From an uncultured virus (IMG/VR IMGVR_UViG_3300025613_000003) (taxonomy: Duplodnaviria; Heunggongvirae; Uroviricota; Caudoviricetes): 20,000 bases of DNA. Under the pieces are notes generated by a model. It did no database searches and was not told the origin of the DNA. It worked only from the letters and a program-made list of their open reading frames with translations. Shown in pieces: positions 8,730-16,636 of the stretch. Where the stretch lies: the IMG/VR virus record IMGVR_UViG_3300025613_000003. One strand, written 5' to 3'. Numbering within the stretch: position 1 is the stretch's first letter; each line of letters starts with the position of its first letter. The position numbers were made by a program, and so were the translations under genes.

Positions 8730-8775
8730 CATTACGCCTAACTACCAAATTGGCGAAACTTTACTTCGCCAACTA
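8728..8775 (+). repeat. truncated/degenerate attC-like site 4
   Basis: AGCATTACGCCTAAC at the MTase stop is followed only by a short hairpin, TTGGCGAA-N7-TTCGCCAA. No matching GTT box was seen. Confidence 0.5.
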
Positions 8776-8834
8776 TCTCATAAAAAGCAATAACACGAAA
8801 CCATGACTATCACCCAACCCAAGAAAGGAAAAAA

Positions 8835-9065
8835 ATGTCAACCATAGAATGCCCATCTATTGAAAAGCCTGTGAGGCAATTTTTATGCTACGTATTGCGA
8901 ACCGCAAGTAATATGCGCTATCAAGAATTTACAGGTGAATGGAAGCCAGTTCAACCCGAAAGATGGGAGAAATGGAATGTGCTTGCGGAAACAAAAGAGG
9001 GCGCAAGAAAAATTGCTAAATACCACTTTTATCAATCAAAAGGTGACAACATATATATTAAATAA
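8835..9065 (+). CDS. hypothetical protein (76 aa)
   Basis: ORF with an A-rich leader that fills the gap in a + strand gene run. Confidence 0.6.
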   Translation: MSTIECPSIEKPVRQFLCYVLRTASNMRYQEFTGEWKPVQPERWEKWNVLAETKEGARKIAKYHFYQSKGDNIYIK

Positions 9066-9096
9066 TTGCATTAATTTATAATGAACACATGATTGC

Positions 9097-9480
9097 ATGA
9101 TAGCCCCCTACTCAAAGGAAGTATTTAAGGCCAAGATTCAGGCCGGAATTAAGATCCATACCATTCGCAAGGACGTGAGTAAGCGATGGCGACCCGGCAT
9201 GGTGATTGATCACTGGATGCACAACCCGCGTCATACCGCAAAGAACCCGCACAGGTTCGCAACCGGAACCGTTACTGCTGTGCAGGACATTGAAATCGAC
9301 TACGTCAACAAGCGGGTAATGGTTGAGGGCAGGATTTTATTTCCCGAAGAAATTAAGGAACTTGCGATAGCGGACGGGTTCGACAACATCAGGCAGTTTT
9401 ATCTCTGGTTTTACCAGGCCGATACCCCGTTTGAACCCTGGCGAGGGAGATTGATTCATTGGACAAGTAAGCGATACTGA
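9097..9480 (+). CDS. ASCH/PUA-like domain protein
   Basis: FKAKIQAGIKIHTIR (G.K..TIR) and the C-terminal LAIADGF..F..WF pattern are typical of phage ASCH proteins. Confidence 0.7.
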   Translation: MIAPYSKEVFKAKIQAGIKIHTIRKDVSKRWRPGMVIDHWMHNPRHTAKNPHRFATGTVTAVQDIEIDYVNKRVMVEGRILFPEEIKELAIADGFDNIRQFYLWFYQADTPFEPWRGRLIHWTSKRY

Positions 9481-9482
9481 TC

Positions 9483-10319
9483 ATGGCCAACACATACGTA
9501 ACCTCCGGTAAGGCAGGCCAAAAAGCAAGGGCGAACGTGGAAGAAATCATTACCGTCCTGCGACCCTGTATAGTAACCTATACCCACAACTCTACCCATA
9601 TCAAGACCGATATGGGCGACATGATGTTCACCAACGGCGGGGGCAAATTAAATCTTCGTGAATTGGTATTTATTAAAAGATTCCGCGAGCATTACGTCAG
9701 GGTCGGAAAGGGACTGGACTACGACCTTGGCTATGCCAAGGTGAAGCCCGTGTATCAAAAATTCAATCCATGGAAAGGATTGGCAAAGGACGTGGTGGAG
9801 ATCGACATTCGCCGCGCCTATCCCACGGCGGGAAGGATACTCGGCATAGTCAATGACCAATTCTACGAGGAGGGGATTAAGTTCCCCAAGCAAACCTTTC
9901 TGATTGCGATAGGGAGCCTGAACCGCAAACGCAAAACCATTGCCGTGGATCAGACCGGGCGGCGTAAAATTTTGCGGGAGGAAAAGCCTATGCCATACAT
10001 GAGTAATTTGTGGAGCAGCATCGTGGGCCACATCGATTTCGTCATGCAGAAAGCCTGGGCATTGGCCGGTGCGGACGCCCGGTTTTATTGGTGCGATGCC
10101 ATTTTTGTCAGGAGGAGATCGGCGAGGAAGATACAGGAATTGCTTTTGCAATACGGTTTTGAAAGCAGGGTGGTGACGTTGAAAAAGTTGGAGTGGGGTC
10201 CTGAGCATATTCTCGCCATCAACGAATACGGCGACAAAAAGACCTATTGCTATCCCCAGACCAAGATTGTAAATTATGAGAATCTCAATGAAGTAGCACG
10301 AAAATTCATCAGGAAATGA
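9483..10319 (+). CDS. minimal family-B DNA polymerase-like protein (palm/fingers only), copy 1
   Basis: Motif A-like VVEIDIRRAYP, motif B-like KQTFLIAIGSL and motif C-like FYWCDAIF. At 278 aa it shows no recognisable exonuclease motifs. Confidence 0.65.
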   Translation: MANTYVTSGKAGQKARANVEEIITVLRPCIVTYTHNSTHIKTDMGDMMFTNGGGKLNLRELVFIKRFREHYVRVGKGLDYDLGYAKVKPVYQKFNPWKGLAKDVVEIDIRRAYPTAGRILGIVNDQFYEEGIKFPKQTFLIAIGSLNRKRKTIAVDQTGRRKILREEKPMPYMSNLWSSIVGHIDFVMQKAWALAGADARFYWCDAIFVRRRSARKIQELLLQYGFESRVVTLKKLEWGPEHILAINEYGDKKTYCYPQTKIVNYENLNEVARKFIRK

Positions 10320-10813
10320 AGCCATTAAGTGAGCAGACAGTGATTAAGGGCGACAGGGACAGCATGACCGTGACGGAGCTGCAGTCGCTTTACCGGCGTT
10401 ACCGCCACGTCTATTTCGAGAACCGGACCAGCACTGGTCCTGATGGCGAAGCTTTGGATGAGGATCCGCATGAGCAGAACGCCAGGGACGTGCTGCGGCT
10501 CCTGCGCTTGATCCGGTCCCAGAACCCGAAATGGACAAACCTTGAAATCTGGGAGAACGAGATATTCCCTGACCGGGAGTTTTGGGAGTTCATTGCGATC
10601 CGGCACCGCCTCGGCATTGACACCGCCATGGCCTATGGTGAGTTCTGGATTCAGGAGAAGATCCACACCCGAGAACTGGATCAGATGAAGGGCGAGATCG
10701 GGATCCGGTCCGCATTTAAGTATTGGTTGCCAAAACGACTGAAATATGAGCAATCTCAACAGCAGGAAGACGGTGCCTTTAGCGAACGCACCCGCGCTAA
10801 GGCAGAATGGTAG
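10316..10813 (+). CDS. hypothetical protein, possibly replication-initiator-related
   Basis: ATGA-coupled to the upstream gene. The C-terminal helical segment SAFKYWL recalls phage initiator C-termini (weak). Confidence 0.55.
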   Translation: MKPLSEQTVIKGDRDSMTVTELQSLYRRYRHVYFENRTSTGPDGEALDEDPHEQNARDVLRLLRLIRSQNPKWTNLEIWENEIFPDREFWEFIAIRHRLGIDTAMAYGEFWIQEKIHTRELDQMKGEIGIRSAFKYWLPKRLKYEQSQQQEDGAFSERTRAKAEW

Positions 10814-11780
10814 TGGTGGTGACCTCGCCCTTGTCCAGGACAAGATCGACCGCCTTCCCCTGGGCAGTACGGAACGGTTGGAGGCGATTCGGGCCTTGCC
10901 GGCGATGGCAGAGGATGAGGACGGCGTCAAGAAGGCGTTGACGCTGATCTGGATCCTGATGGGGTTAAGCCTAAACCAAACCCCGGATGCCGCCGAAAGG
11001 GTGGTTCTGATCAGGGAAATCCAAGCCCACTACGGCAACATGACCGCTGAGGAGCTATCAACGGGGTTTCGCCTGGGCCTTGGCGGAAAGCTGGATTATT
11101 TGCCGGAACTGAATCCCGGCCAGGTCTTTAGCATGGCCGTGGTATCGAAGGTGATGATGAGTTTTCAGCGTTACCGAGCGTATCAGATCAAGTCCAAGCC
11201 CGTCAGGACAGAGCCACAGCGTCAGGACCCGATGGGGCCACCGCTACCGCCGGAGATCAGGCACCGCCGCACGGTCCAGGGCTTTGAACAGCAAGTCAAC
11301 CACGTCCTCGACAGCCGCCGCCCCATCGATCACCTCGCCTTTTACGAGGAGGTTTATCACGCCATGGCCTATTTCAGGATGGTGCCGGAGATTGAACTGA
11401 ACGAGTACAACGAACCCGAGTTAGATTTTGACCACAAGACCGTATTTTATCGCTTCCTGGAGCATGTCATGGCCTTGGACATCAAACAGATCGGATTGAA
11501 GGAGGCCAAGGCCAGGTTTGAAAAGAACCGATACGGCGACATGGCCTTGTTTTACGCCAGGAAGGCCATTTGTAACGATTACTTCATCAAACTATACCAA
11601 CAGCGCCATGCCAATCAACTACAAGGATTATCACCCGAAGTGGAGGCTGATAAGCAAACTAATCCGATACCGAAGGGCGGGGAACCGATGCGAGAACCCG
11701 GACTGCAGAGCCAGGAACGGACAGCCCCACCCCGTCACCGGAAGCCGGGTCGTATTAACGGTAGCGCACCTGGATCATGA
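10746..11780 (+). CDS. phage replication-region helical protein (helicase-loader/inhibitor-like N-terminal domain)
   Basis: LIREIQAHYGNMTAEELSTGFRLGLGGKL resembles loader-like proteins found after phage initiators. The last ~57 codons overlap the HNH gene. Confidence 0.5.
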   Translation: MSNLNSRKTVPLANAPALRQNGSGGDLALVQDKIDRLPLGSTERLEAIRALPAMAEDEDGVKKALTLIWILMGLSLNQTPDAAERVVLIREIQAHYGNMTAEELSTGFRLGLGGKLDYLPELNPGQVFSMAVVSKVMMSFQRYRAYQIKSKPVRTEPQRQDPMGPPLPPEIRHRRTVQGFEQQVNHVLDSRRPIDHLAFYEEVYHAMAYFRMVPEIELNEYNEPELDFDHKTVFYRFLEHVMALDIKQIGLKEAKARFEKNRYGDMALFYARKAICNDYFIKLYQQRHANQLQGLSPEVEADKQTNPIPKGGEPMREPGLQSQERTAPPRHRKPGRINGSAPGS

Positions 11781-11916
11781 CCGGACCAACAACCGGTTTG
11801 ATAACCTCCGTGCGCTCTGTCAGCGATGCCATTTAGCGCTGGACCTTCCTCATCACATTCAGAACCGCCGCTATGGCCGGAACTGGAAACGGAATCAGAC
11901 CAGGTTGGAAATGTAA
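11608..11916 (+). CDS. HNH endonuclease (102 aa)
   Basis: MPINYKDYHPKW...RCENPDC...VLTVAHLDHDRTNN..DNLRALCQRCHL. ATG 11608. Confidence 0.9.
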   Translation: MPINYKDYHPKWRLISKLIRYRRAGNRCENPDCRARNGQPHPVTGSRVVLTVAHLDHDRTNNRFDNLRALCQRCHLALDLPHHIQNRRYGRNWKRNQTRLEM

Positions 11917-11940
11917 GTCCTGTAAAGCAAAATCATAATC

Positions 11941-12276
11941 ATGGTGACTACGAATTGGAGAGAACATCGGGTAGCAATAAAAATACTCGAACTTAACCGT
12001 GAATACGAAGTACTATCGGATGATCAACCGGTGCTTAGTATCGCAAGCCCGGTTGATAGTTTCTTTGAATGTGATTGTTGCAGTAACCTTTCCAAGTCAA
12101 TGCAAGTTCTTAGACATAAGAACAAGCGAAGCAAAACGATTCAGATATGTAACACTTGCTGCGAACTTTGGAGAGCGATTCAGGAAATACAATCGCTGCA
12201 ATTAAGAGTATGTGACGATTGCGGGTCCGGGTTTGCATCGACAGGACGATGCCCGGAATGTTTTCCCATGGGATAA
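11941..12276 (+). CDS. Cys-rich zinc-finger protein
   Basis: CDCC, CNTCC, CDDC and CPEC motifs. Confidence 0.6.
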   Translation: MVTTNWREHRVAIKILELNREYEVLSDDQPVLSIASPVDSFFECDCCSNLSKSMQVLRHKNKRSKTIQICNTCCELWRAIQEIQSLQLRVCDDCGSGFASTGRCPECFPMG

Positions 12277-12965
12277 TGAAAATAAAATTTTGGATAGACA
12301 AGAAGAAGGTTAAAAACAAATCATATCAGACCACCATGAACGACATCTGTATAAATTGTGGGAAAGAACACAAATCAAAGTTGTGGGGCGCAATATGTGA
12401 TTGCGGAAAACATAAAACCGTTCATCAAATGAAATGCAACGGCTGTGACAACATTATAGGATATTTGATTGAAGATGATTTTGTAGGGCCAAGTTTAGTG
12501 TATTGTCACGAATGCCTTAAAAAGGCAAAGACAAAAAAGGAAGATACCGTTACCATATCGGCATGGTTGGACGAGCGAATCAGTTTCATTCAATCCATAC
12601 TTGAGATGAATAAGGAAATTACCAATAAAAATTCAAAACAAGTAACGGATTGCGTCAACGCCCTCAATCAATATCAGTACGCTAAAAAACTATTATCCGA
12701 GATATTATCAAAACAGTCGGATAATTCAGACCGAGATATTTCCTATACCAGACATCTTGTTAAATTCCAAACAGTAGCAACGGAACTGATCTTTGCGGAA
12801 TTGAATACATTGGAACAACAGCAAGGATCCCCATTACCACTTCCGGGTTCTTATGAAGGCTCATCCACGAAACAGATCGAGGGCATACCACAAGAAAGTG
12901 CTGAAAGAATAAGGCAACGAGCAGGGGTGCTTACCAATCTGTATTTTCAAGTCGGCCAGTTGTGA
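12276..12965 (+). CDS. hypothetical protein with N-terminal zinc ribbons
   Basis: TAATG coupling at 12274-12278. CINC, CDC, CNGC and CHEC motifs. Confidence 0.6.
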   Translation: MKIKFWIDKKKVKNKSYQTTMNDICINCGKEHKSKLWGAICDCGKHKTVHQMKCNGCDNIIGYLIEDDFVGPSLVYCHECLKKAKTKKEDTVTISAWLDERISFIQSILEMNKEITNKNSKQVTDCVNALNQYQYAKKLLSEILSKQSDNSDRDISYTRHLVKFQTVATELIFAELNTLEQQQGSPLPLPGSYEGSSTKQIEGIPQESAERIRQRAGVLTNLYFQVGQL

Positions 12966-12967
12966 TT

Positions 12968-13396
12968 ATGACAGTAGATCAAGCCATAGACAAGGAACGG
13001 AATCAACTGCGGCTGTTTGAATCCGAAATCAATCGGGATCAAGAAACTTCGTATTTGCAGAAAAAGAAAATGACTGAGTTTTGGCAGAGCCGAGCCTTTA
13101 CCAAGCGCACATGCAAAAACCAAGACGTTGACGCCGAGGTGAATCAATTCAAGCTGGTCATATATCAATACCTTCTGGGCAGGAGAAAGGCCACGCTTTG
13201 GGATAGCGTTAACGATGCGCTATGGCATTACAATAACGGCGGCAAGTCCCTTTACCACATGGATTTCAACGAATTGAAGCAAAGGTGTTTCATTGACAAG
13301 GCGTTTTGGAATTGGTGCAGATACTACTGCGAAACCCTGAGCATGTATTTATCCAACCGCCAATCCCAGGCTCAGGACGAATACGAGCCGGGATGA
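12968..13396 (+). CDS. hypothetical protein
   Basis: ORF directly after the previous stop and the last gene of the + arm. Confidence 0.65.
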   Translation: MTVDQAIDKERNQLRLFESEINRDQETSYLQKKKMTEFWQSRAFTKRTCKNQDVDAEVNQFKLVIYQYLLGRRKATLWDSVNDALWHYNNGGKSLYHMDFNELKQRCFIDKAFWNWCRYYCETLSMYLSNRQSQAQDEYEPG

Positions 13397-13774
13397 TCAG
13401 TAACTACCGGCCAGGCCATGGCCTTCGCTTGCGCTTCCGAGATCGCGTAGTTGCTGCCGGACCTGATGCTTTTTGATGGATTTCGATCCCGTGCCTTTGA
13501 GTTCGGGAAATTTGTGTTGCGCCAAACGTTTAAGCCGGGTGATGCTGTCCGAGTTGGATAATTTGCCATCACCAAAAAGGAAAAGGAATGATTCGGCGGT
13601 TACGGATTTCGCATTCATTTTGAACTTGGAGGCGCATTCATCGCGCCAAATCCTGGCAATGAGCTTGCGGTCGCTGTTTCGGTAGCTTTCGTTTTCCCTG
13701 AGCAGGTCCACTACCTTCCAATACAGTTCGTTGTGTTGTTCACGGGTGTTTTCCGGGATGGATAGTTGTGTCAT
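13397..13774 (-). CDS. hypothetical phage protein (125 aa)
   Basis: Last gene of the - arm. Its stop abuts the + arm stop (TGATCA). It contains LLRENESYRNSDRKLI...SITRLKRLAQ. Confidence 0.7.
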   Translation of the reverse strand: MTQLSIPENTREQHNELYWKVVDLLRENESYRNSDRKLIARIWRDECASKFKMNAKSVTAESFLFLFGDGKLSNSDSITRLKRLAQHKFPELKGTGSKSIKKHQVRQQLRDLGSASEGHGLAGSY

Positions 13775-13988
13775 GGCATGGATAGATTTGTGCCAGCACC
13801 AGGTCGAGATCGATCAGGTCAAGATTAGCAAGGGCGCACCGGATCGAAACGAATTTGGTGCCGGATAGTATTCTGATAAAGACATAGGCTTGTCCGGGGC
13901 TGATGTCGGGAACCAGGCCCGGAGCCGAGCGGTTTTGATAAAGGAAGCAGGGATAATGATACCTGGCCGTCATTACCCTGCTTTCCAT
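13740..13988 (-). CDS. possible small hypothetical protein
   Basis: This is the part of ORF 13740..14126 downstream of the tRNA (ATG 13988 or 13973). It fills the gap to the next gene. Confidence 0.35.
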   Translation of the reverse strand: MESRVMTARYHYPCFLYQNRSAPGLVPDISPGQAYVFIRILSGTKFVSIRCALANLDLIDLDLVLAQIYPCHDTTIHPGKHP

Positions 13989-13999
13989 AATTACCGAGG

Positions 14000-14071
14000 T
14001 GGATCCTGCCGGGGTCGAACCGACAACCGGCACATTATGAGTGTGCTGCTCTACCTTTGAGCTAAGGATCC
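14000..14071 (-). tRNA. tRNA with CAT anticodon (probably Ile2/lysidine type; Met not excluded), CCA not encoded
   Basis: Cloverleaf: GGATCCT-TA-GCTC-AAAGGTA-GAGC-A-GCACA-CTCATAA-TGTGC-CGGTT-GTCGG-TTCGACC-CCGGC-AGGATCC-A, followed by CCT. Confidence 0.93.
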
Positions 14072-14127
14072 GGGACGTAGTCATGGCGCTGAAGCTGGTC
14101 TGTTTTTCAAAAAACACTGCATTCAAA

Positions 14128-14722
14128 TGTTACTATTGCTTGTCAGGGTTCGATTTACGCAACTGTTACTGTTTATTATGATGGCTTGGTCAATCCCCAA
14201 TAAAGTTACCATGGACTATAATGATTCGATTACCTTCTTTGATACTCATTGTATCCGAATGATCTAACTTTGGTAGTATGTTACTATGATATTAAATGAT
14301 TCGATTCAGGAGTTTGTTACTGTACTTGACAAATGCCTCAATCTATTGGGCTGATACTGAATTGCTCTTCACGGTTCAATCAGATGTGCTGTTACTTTTT
14401 TTCTGTATGATTCAATACTCTGCAATGCTACAATCGGCAGTTATGATTCATTTTGTTTATTTGGTACTGTTGCCCAGAATGATTCAATACAACTAATGGT
14501 TACTATTCCATATTATGATTCAATACGTGTAAATGTTACTGTTCCATTTCACGATTCAATTGCTTTACTTGATACGATTGTTAACCAAGTTTCAATTCTT
14601 GCATTTGTTACTTTTCAGAAAACTGATTCAATTATCCCATTTGATACTATTACCAGTTGCGATTCAATTCCTTTTTTTGTTACGCTTAGGAACGGTGATT
14701 CGATTTTTTCTAATGGTACAAC
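14128..14722 (-). repeat. TIGR-like tandem interspaced guide RNA array: 16 units of ~36 nt plus one partial unit, two 9-nt repeats alternating with two 9-nt variable spacers
   Basis: The + strand consensus is TGTTACTRT-N9-TGATTCAAT-N9. Units start at 14128, 14164, 14204, 14240, 14279, 14315, 14352, 14390, 14426, 14462, 14498, 14534, 14570, 14606, 14642, 14678 and (partial) 14714. Strand is inferred from the flanking genes. Confidence 0.88.
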
Positions 14723-14747
14723 TTCCCTTTTGCGTCTTAGATTTTAT

Positions 14748-15080
14748 TCAGTCCCCCAAGATCATGGATATGAATTCCTCGCTTGCGCCATCGTCACGAA
14801 GATACTTTTTCAGCGCGGCCAAATCTTCATCATCGGGCTTTTCGTCAAAACGGCCTGCAATAACCGCGTTCCGAAGCCATGACAGCTCGGGGAAGGGAGC
14901 CAGATCATTGGCGAGGTCGAGTTTGGGCGTAACCGAAGTTTCGGCCTTGAAGTCGTGATATTCATTGGTCTTGGCCCGGATCAGGATCAGTTTGTAACGG
15001 TTGGCATTTACGCCTTTTCGCATACACCAGCCGATGAGGATTCTGACCAGGTCTTGATCGGTACTCAGTCTTGGTTTCAT
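14748..15080 (-). CDS. hypothetical protein (110 aa) between the Nop-domain gene and the array
   Basis: ATGA overlap with the stop of 15077..16144. It ends about 25 nt before the array. Confidence 0.75.
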   Translation of the reverse strand: MKPRLSTDQDLVRILIGWCMRKGVNANRYKLILIRAKTNEYHDFKAETSVTPKLDLANDLAPFPELSWLRNAVIAGRFDEKPDDEDLAALKKYLRDDGASEEFISMILGD

Positions 15081-16144
15081 GATAGGAAATCGGGTTTGTT
15101 CGGGATGTGGATCATATCGACATGGCCGAGGTGGGCGATTGGGAACGGTGCCGGAGCCGGTTTGCGGTAATGGTATTCGTACATGACTTGGTGGACGTGG
15201 CTCAGAAAGATCTTGACGGCGAAACGCTTTGCCATGGCGTGAACATGGCCTTGTGGCAGTTTCCCCGCCGCAAGGGCTTTGTAGCTTTCCGTGGCCTTGT
15301 CGAATAGGGGCAGCAAGGCATCTGCTCGATCAGCGTAATCGCCGTTTTGGTTGCGCTGAAGGTAGTATTCCTTTTTGGCCAGGTAGAGGTGGCCGTACAG
15401 GCAATGCCTGTGTCCTGATCGTTTTACGAATGATTCCCCCGCCTTCCAGCACAGGACCTTGAGCGCGGGATTCCATGGCGTCATGGAAAGCGCCTTTTTC
15501 AGGTTGGATATGGTGTAAATCTTGGAATCAGGCAAGTCCGGGTTTTCGTTCGGGTTGGCGATATGCACCAGCATGGCGCGAATGTTCTCGGCGTTGCGGT
15601 TGCACTTGGCGGCGGCGGCGGCGAGCAAGGACTCGAAATTGACGCGGTCGCCACGGCCTCCGATTTCGTCCGCCACCTCCTTTACCAGGGCTTCGGCCTT
15701 GACCTTTCCGAGCCATTTCACGTTCGGGTTAAGTCCGGCATAACTCCAGAAATGACCGGCGGTGGGGGCCTTGGTAATGTCCAGGTAACCGATCATGCCG
15801 GCGGCAATTACGGGACCGATCCCGACCAGGCCCTTCATCCATCGCCCTACGGGATGGAAGTCGCTGTAAACGTCCAGCGCCTTCTTCATGGCGGTTTCGC
15901 ATCGCCGATCCGTTTCCATGGCCCAGGCAAAGATGGCATTGGGCTGATCCGCTTTTTCGGCCTGACCGAACTGCATGTCGCTACGTTTACGGTCGTCCTG
16001 GTATTGGTAGTAGCGATTGACGCAGTACAGAACCTCGGCCTCGGTCATGTTCTGAGCCGCCTTGGCCACGTCTTTTGGCAGGAGGATTTTAAACTCGGTG
16101 GCCTCGGCTGATTCCACGACTTCATGGGTTGGTTTAGATTTCAT
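15077..16144 (-). CDS. tasA: Nop-domain / IS110-related RNA-binding protein without nuclease domain (TasA-like)
   Basis: Coiled coil (YYQYQDDRKRSD), then WMKGLVGIGPVIAAGMI...FWSYAGLNP, PWNPALK..WKAGESFVK, Y..Y..KK and HVHAMAKRFAVKIFLSH. There is no N-terminal DEDD/RuvC and no HNH. It is adjacent to the 36-nt array. Confidence 0.8.
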   Translation of the reverse strand: MKSKPTHEVVESAEATEFKILLPKDVAKAAQNMTEAEVLYCVNRYYQYQDDRKRSDMQFGQAEKADQPNAIFAWAMETDRRCETAMKKALDVYSDFHPVGRWMKGLVGIGPVIAAGMIGYLDITKAPTAGHFWSYAGLNPNVKWLGKVKAEALVKEVADEIGGRGDRVNFESLLAAAAAKCNRNAENIRAMLVHIANPNENPDLPDSKIYTISNLKKALSMTPWNPALKVLCWKAGESFVKRSGHRHCLYGHLYLAKKEYYLQRNQNGDYADRADALLPLFDKATESYKALAAGKLPQGHVHAMAKRFAVKIFLSHVHQVMYEYHYRKPAPAPFPIAHLGHVDMIHIPNKPDFLS

Positions 16145-16367
16145 CGGTTTGGGATAGGTTTAGTTGGTTGGCTTCTGCTATGGTTTGTGCAATAAATCTT
16201 TCCTCCTTTTGGTTCCCTCCCCACACGGTTTGGGTCATGCCGCAGTTACGGCAGCGGTAGCGTATGATCGTGTAGGGCTTGGCCGAGGCGGACTTCCCTT
16301 CCTTGACCGGATCCATGGCGATTAGGCACAGCTCACATTCCGGGGCTTGGTGATGCTTCTTCTTCAT
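16134..16367 (-). CDS. zinc-ribbon protein (77 aa)
   Basis: CELC ... YRCRNCG. It overlaps the start of the Nop-domain gene by 11 nt. Confidence 0.7.
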   Translation of the reverse strand: MKKKHHQAPECELCLIAMDPVKEGKSASAKPYTIIRYRCRNCGMTQTVWGGNQKEERFIAQTIAEANQLNLSQTDEI

Positions 16368-16636
16368 TTGAGGCTGTCCCGGATTGAGATGATGGAGCCG
16401 GGGCCATATACCTGGCCGAAAAAGGACGGGAATTCGACCCGGCGTATGATTTTACCGTTGGTAAGGACCCAGTGCGTAGAATCCAGGCGGTTCACGACCT
16501 TGAAGCCGTGCCATGCCGCAAGATCAATCTGCTCCGTAACCCGCCAATCCGCGACTACGCTGTTGCGTTTGATCCTGGCCGAGCGGTAACTGCAGCCCAG
16601 GCTTGCCACTACCAATATGATCAGGACCGGTTTCAT
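16364..16636 (-). CDS. putative lipoprotein (90 aa)
   Basis: MKPVLIILVVASLGC signal with lipobox. ATGA-coupled on both sides. Confidence 0.6.
   Translation of the reverse strand: MKPVLIILVVASLGCSYRSARIKRNSVVADWRVTEQIDLAAWHGFKVVNRLDSTHWVLTNGKIIRRVEFPSFFGQVYGPGSIISIRDSLK

Noticed and set aside
1476..10930. Long antisense ORFs such as 1476..2141, 9648..10325 and 10325..10930
   Set aside because: They are shadows of better-supported + strand genes in GC-rich sequence and have no recognisable motifs.
13394..13399. Abutting stop codons (TGATCA) at the junction of the two arms
   Set aside because: Real, but explained by compact convergent gene packing. No further structure was seen.
13989..14126. 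N-terminal part of ORF 13740..14126
   Set aside because: It overlaps a well-formed tRNA on the same strand.
14128..14722. CRISPR array
   Set aside because: There is no 23-47-nt identical repeat and the variable parts are only 9 nt. Two different short repeats alternate, and no cas genes were seen.
14296..14958. + strand ORFs 14296..14496, 14496..14882 and 14533..14958 as a 12-aa repeat protein (VT.....DSI)
   Set aside because: The periodicity is a by-product of the 36-nt array. Units of 37, 38 and 40 nt break the frame, and the ORFs are antisense to all neighbouring genes.
15077..16144. IS110-family transposase / insertion sequence
   Set aside because: It lacks the N-terminal DEDD RuvC-like domain and the catalytic Ser motif. 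It is embedded in a coupled phage operon next to a dual-spacer array.
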